Source of the DNA: a virus
IMG/VR virus record: IMGVR_UViG_3300031812_000267
Coordinates: 1-11,341 of that record
DNA: 11,341 bases
Reading direction: 5' to 3' (one strand)
Position numbers and translations under genes: made by a program. This document shows, in pieces, positions 11,313-11,341 of the stretch (its first letter is position 1; each line of letters begins with the position of its first letter). Below the pieces are notes generated by a model. It was not told where the DNA came from and did not search any database. It saw only the letters and a list, made by a program, of their open reading frames with translations.

Positions 11313-11341
11313 GATACCACCTGTCTACCGCGTACAACATG
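11271..11341. repeat. Terminal overlap, copy 2 (identical to 1..71)
   Basis: Exact 71-nt identity with the window start. Confidence 0.95.

Overview
The window is one complete, circularly closed replicon. Bases 1..71 are identical to 11271..11341, so the unique length is 11,270 bp. It is very GC-rich, and all genes except two lie on the minus strand.

Gene content and order match a filamentous (inovirus-like) ssDNA phage or phage-plasmid of a high-GC host. On the minus strand the order is:
- an HUH rolling-circle Rep with pC194/pIJ101-type motifs
- three translationally coupled 29-codon hydrophobic ORFs that are not in the ORF track, one of which crosses the closure point
- a 52-aa leaderless major-coat-like protein
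- a secreted 495-aa pIII-like protein with three Pro/Thr-rich linkers
- a pVI-like membrane protein and a 56-aa hydrophobic peptide
- two small proteins, then a 0.5-kb non-coding region packed with long hairpins
- a 101-aa ORF and a short Zot/pI-like P-loop ATPase
- a tightly coupled operon behind a near-consensus promoter, which includes a 92-aa gene-V-like candidate ssDNA-binding protein

More than a quarter of the genome is an accessory DNA-modification island: a C5-cytosine methyltransferase, a PAPS-reductase/DndC-like PP-loop protein and an SPPY-type amino-methyltransferase. A divergently transcribed two-gene plus-strand cassette of unknown function sits next to rep, behind phased AT-rich repeats.

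Two GC-rich intergenic regions share a roughly 180-bp non-coding dispersed repeat. I saw no integrase, secretin, tRNA, rRNA or CRISPR array. All homology calls come from motif recognition by eye, not from searches.
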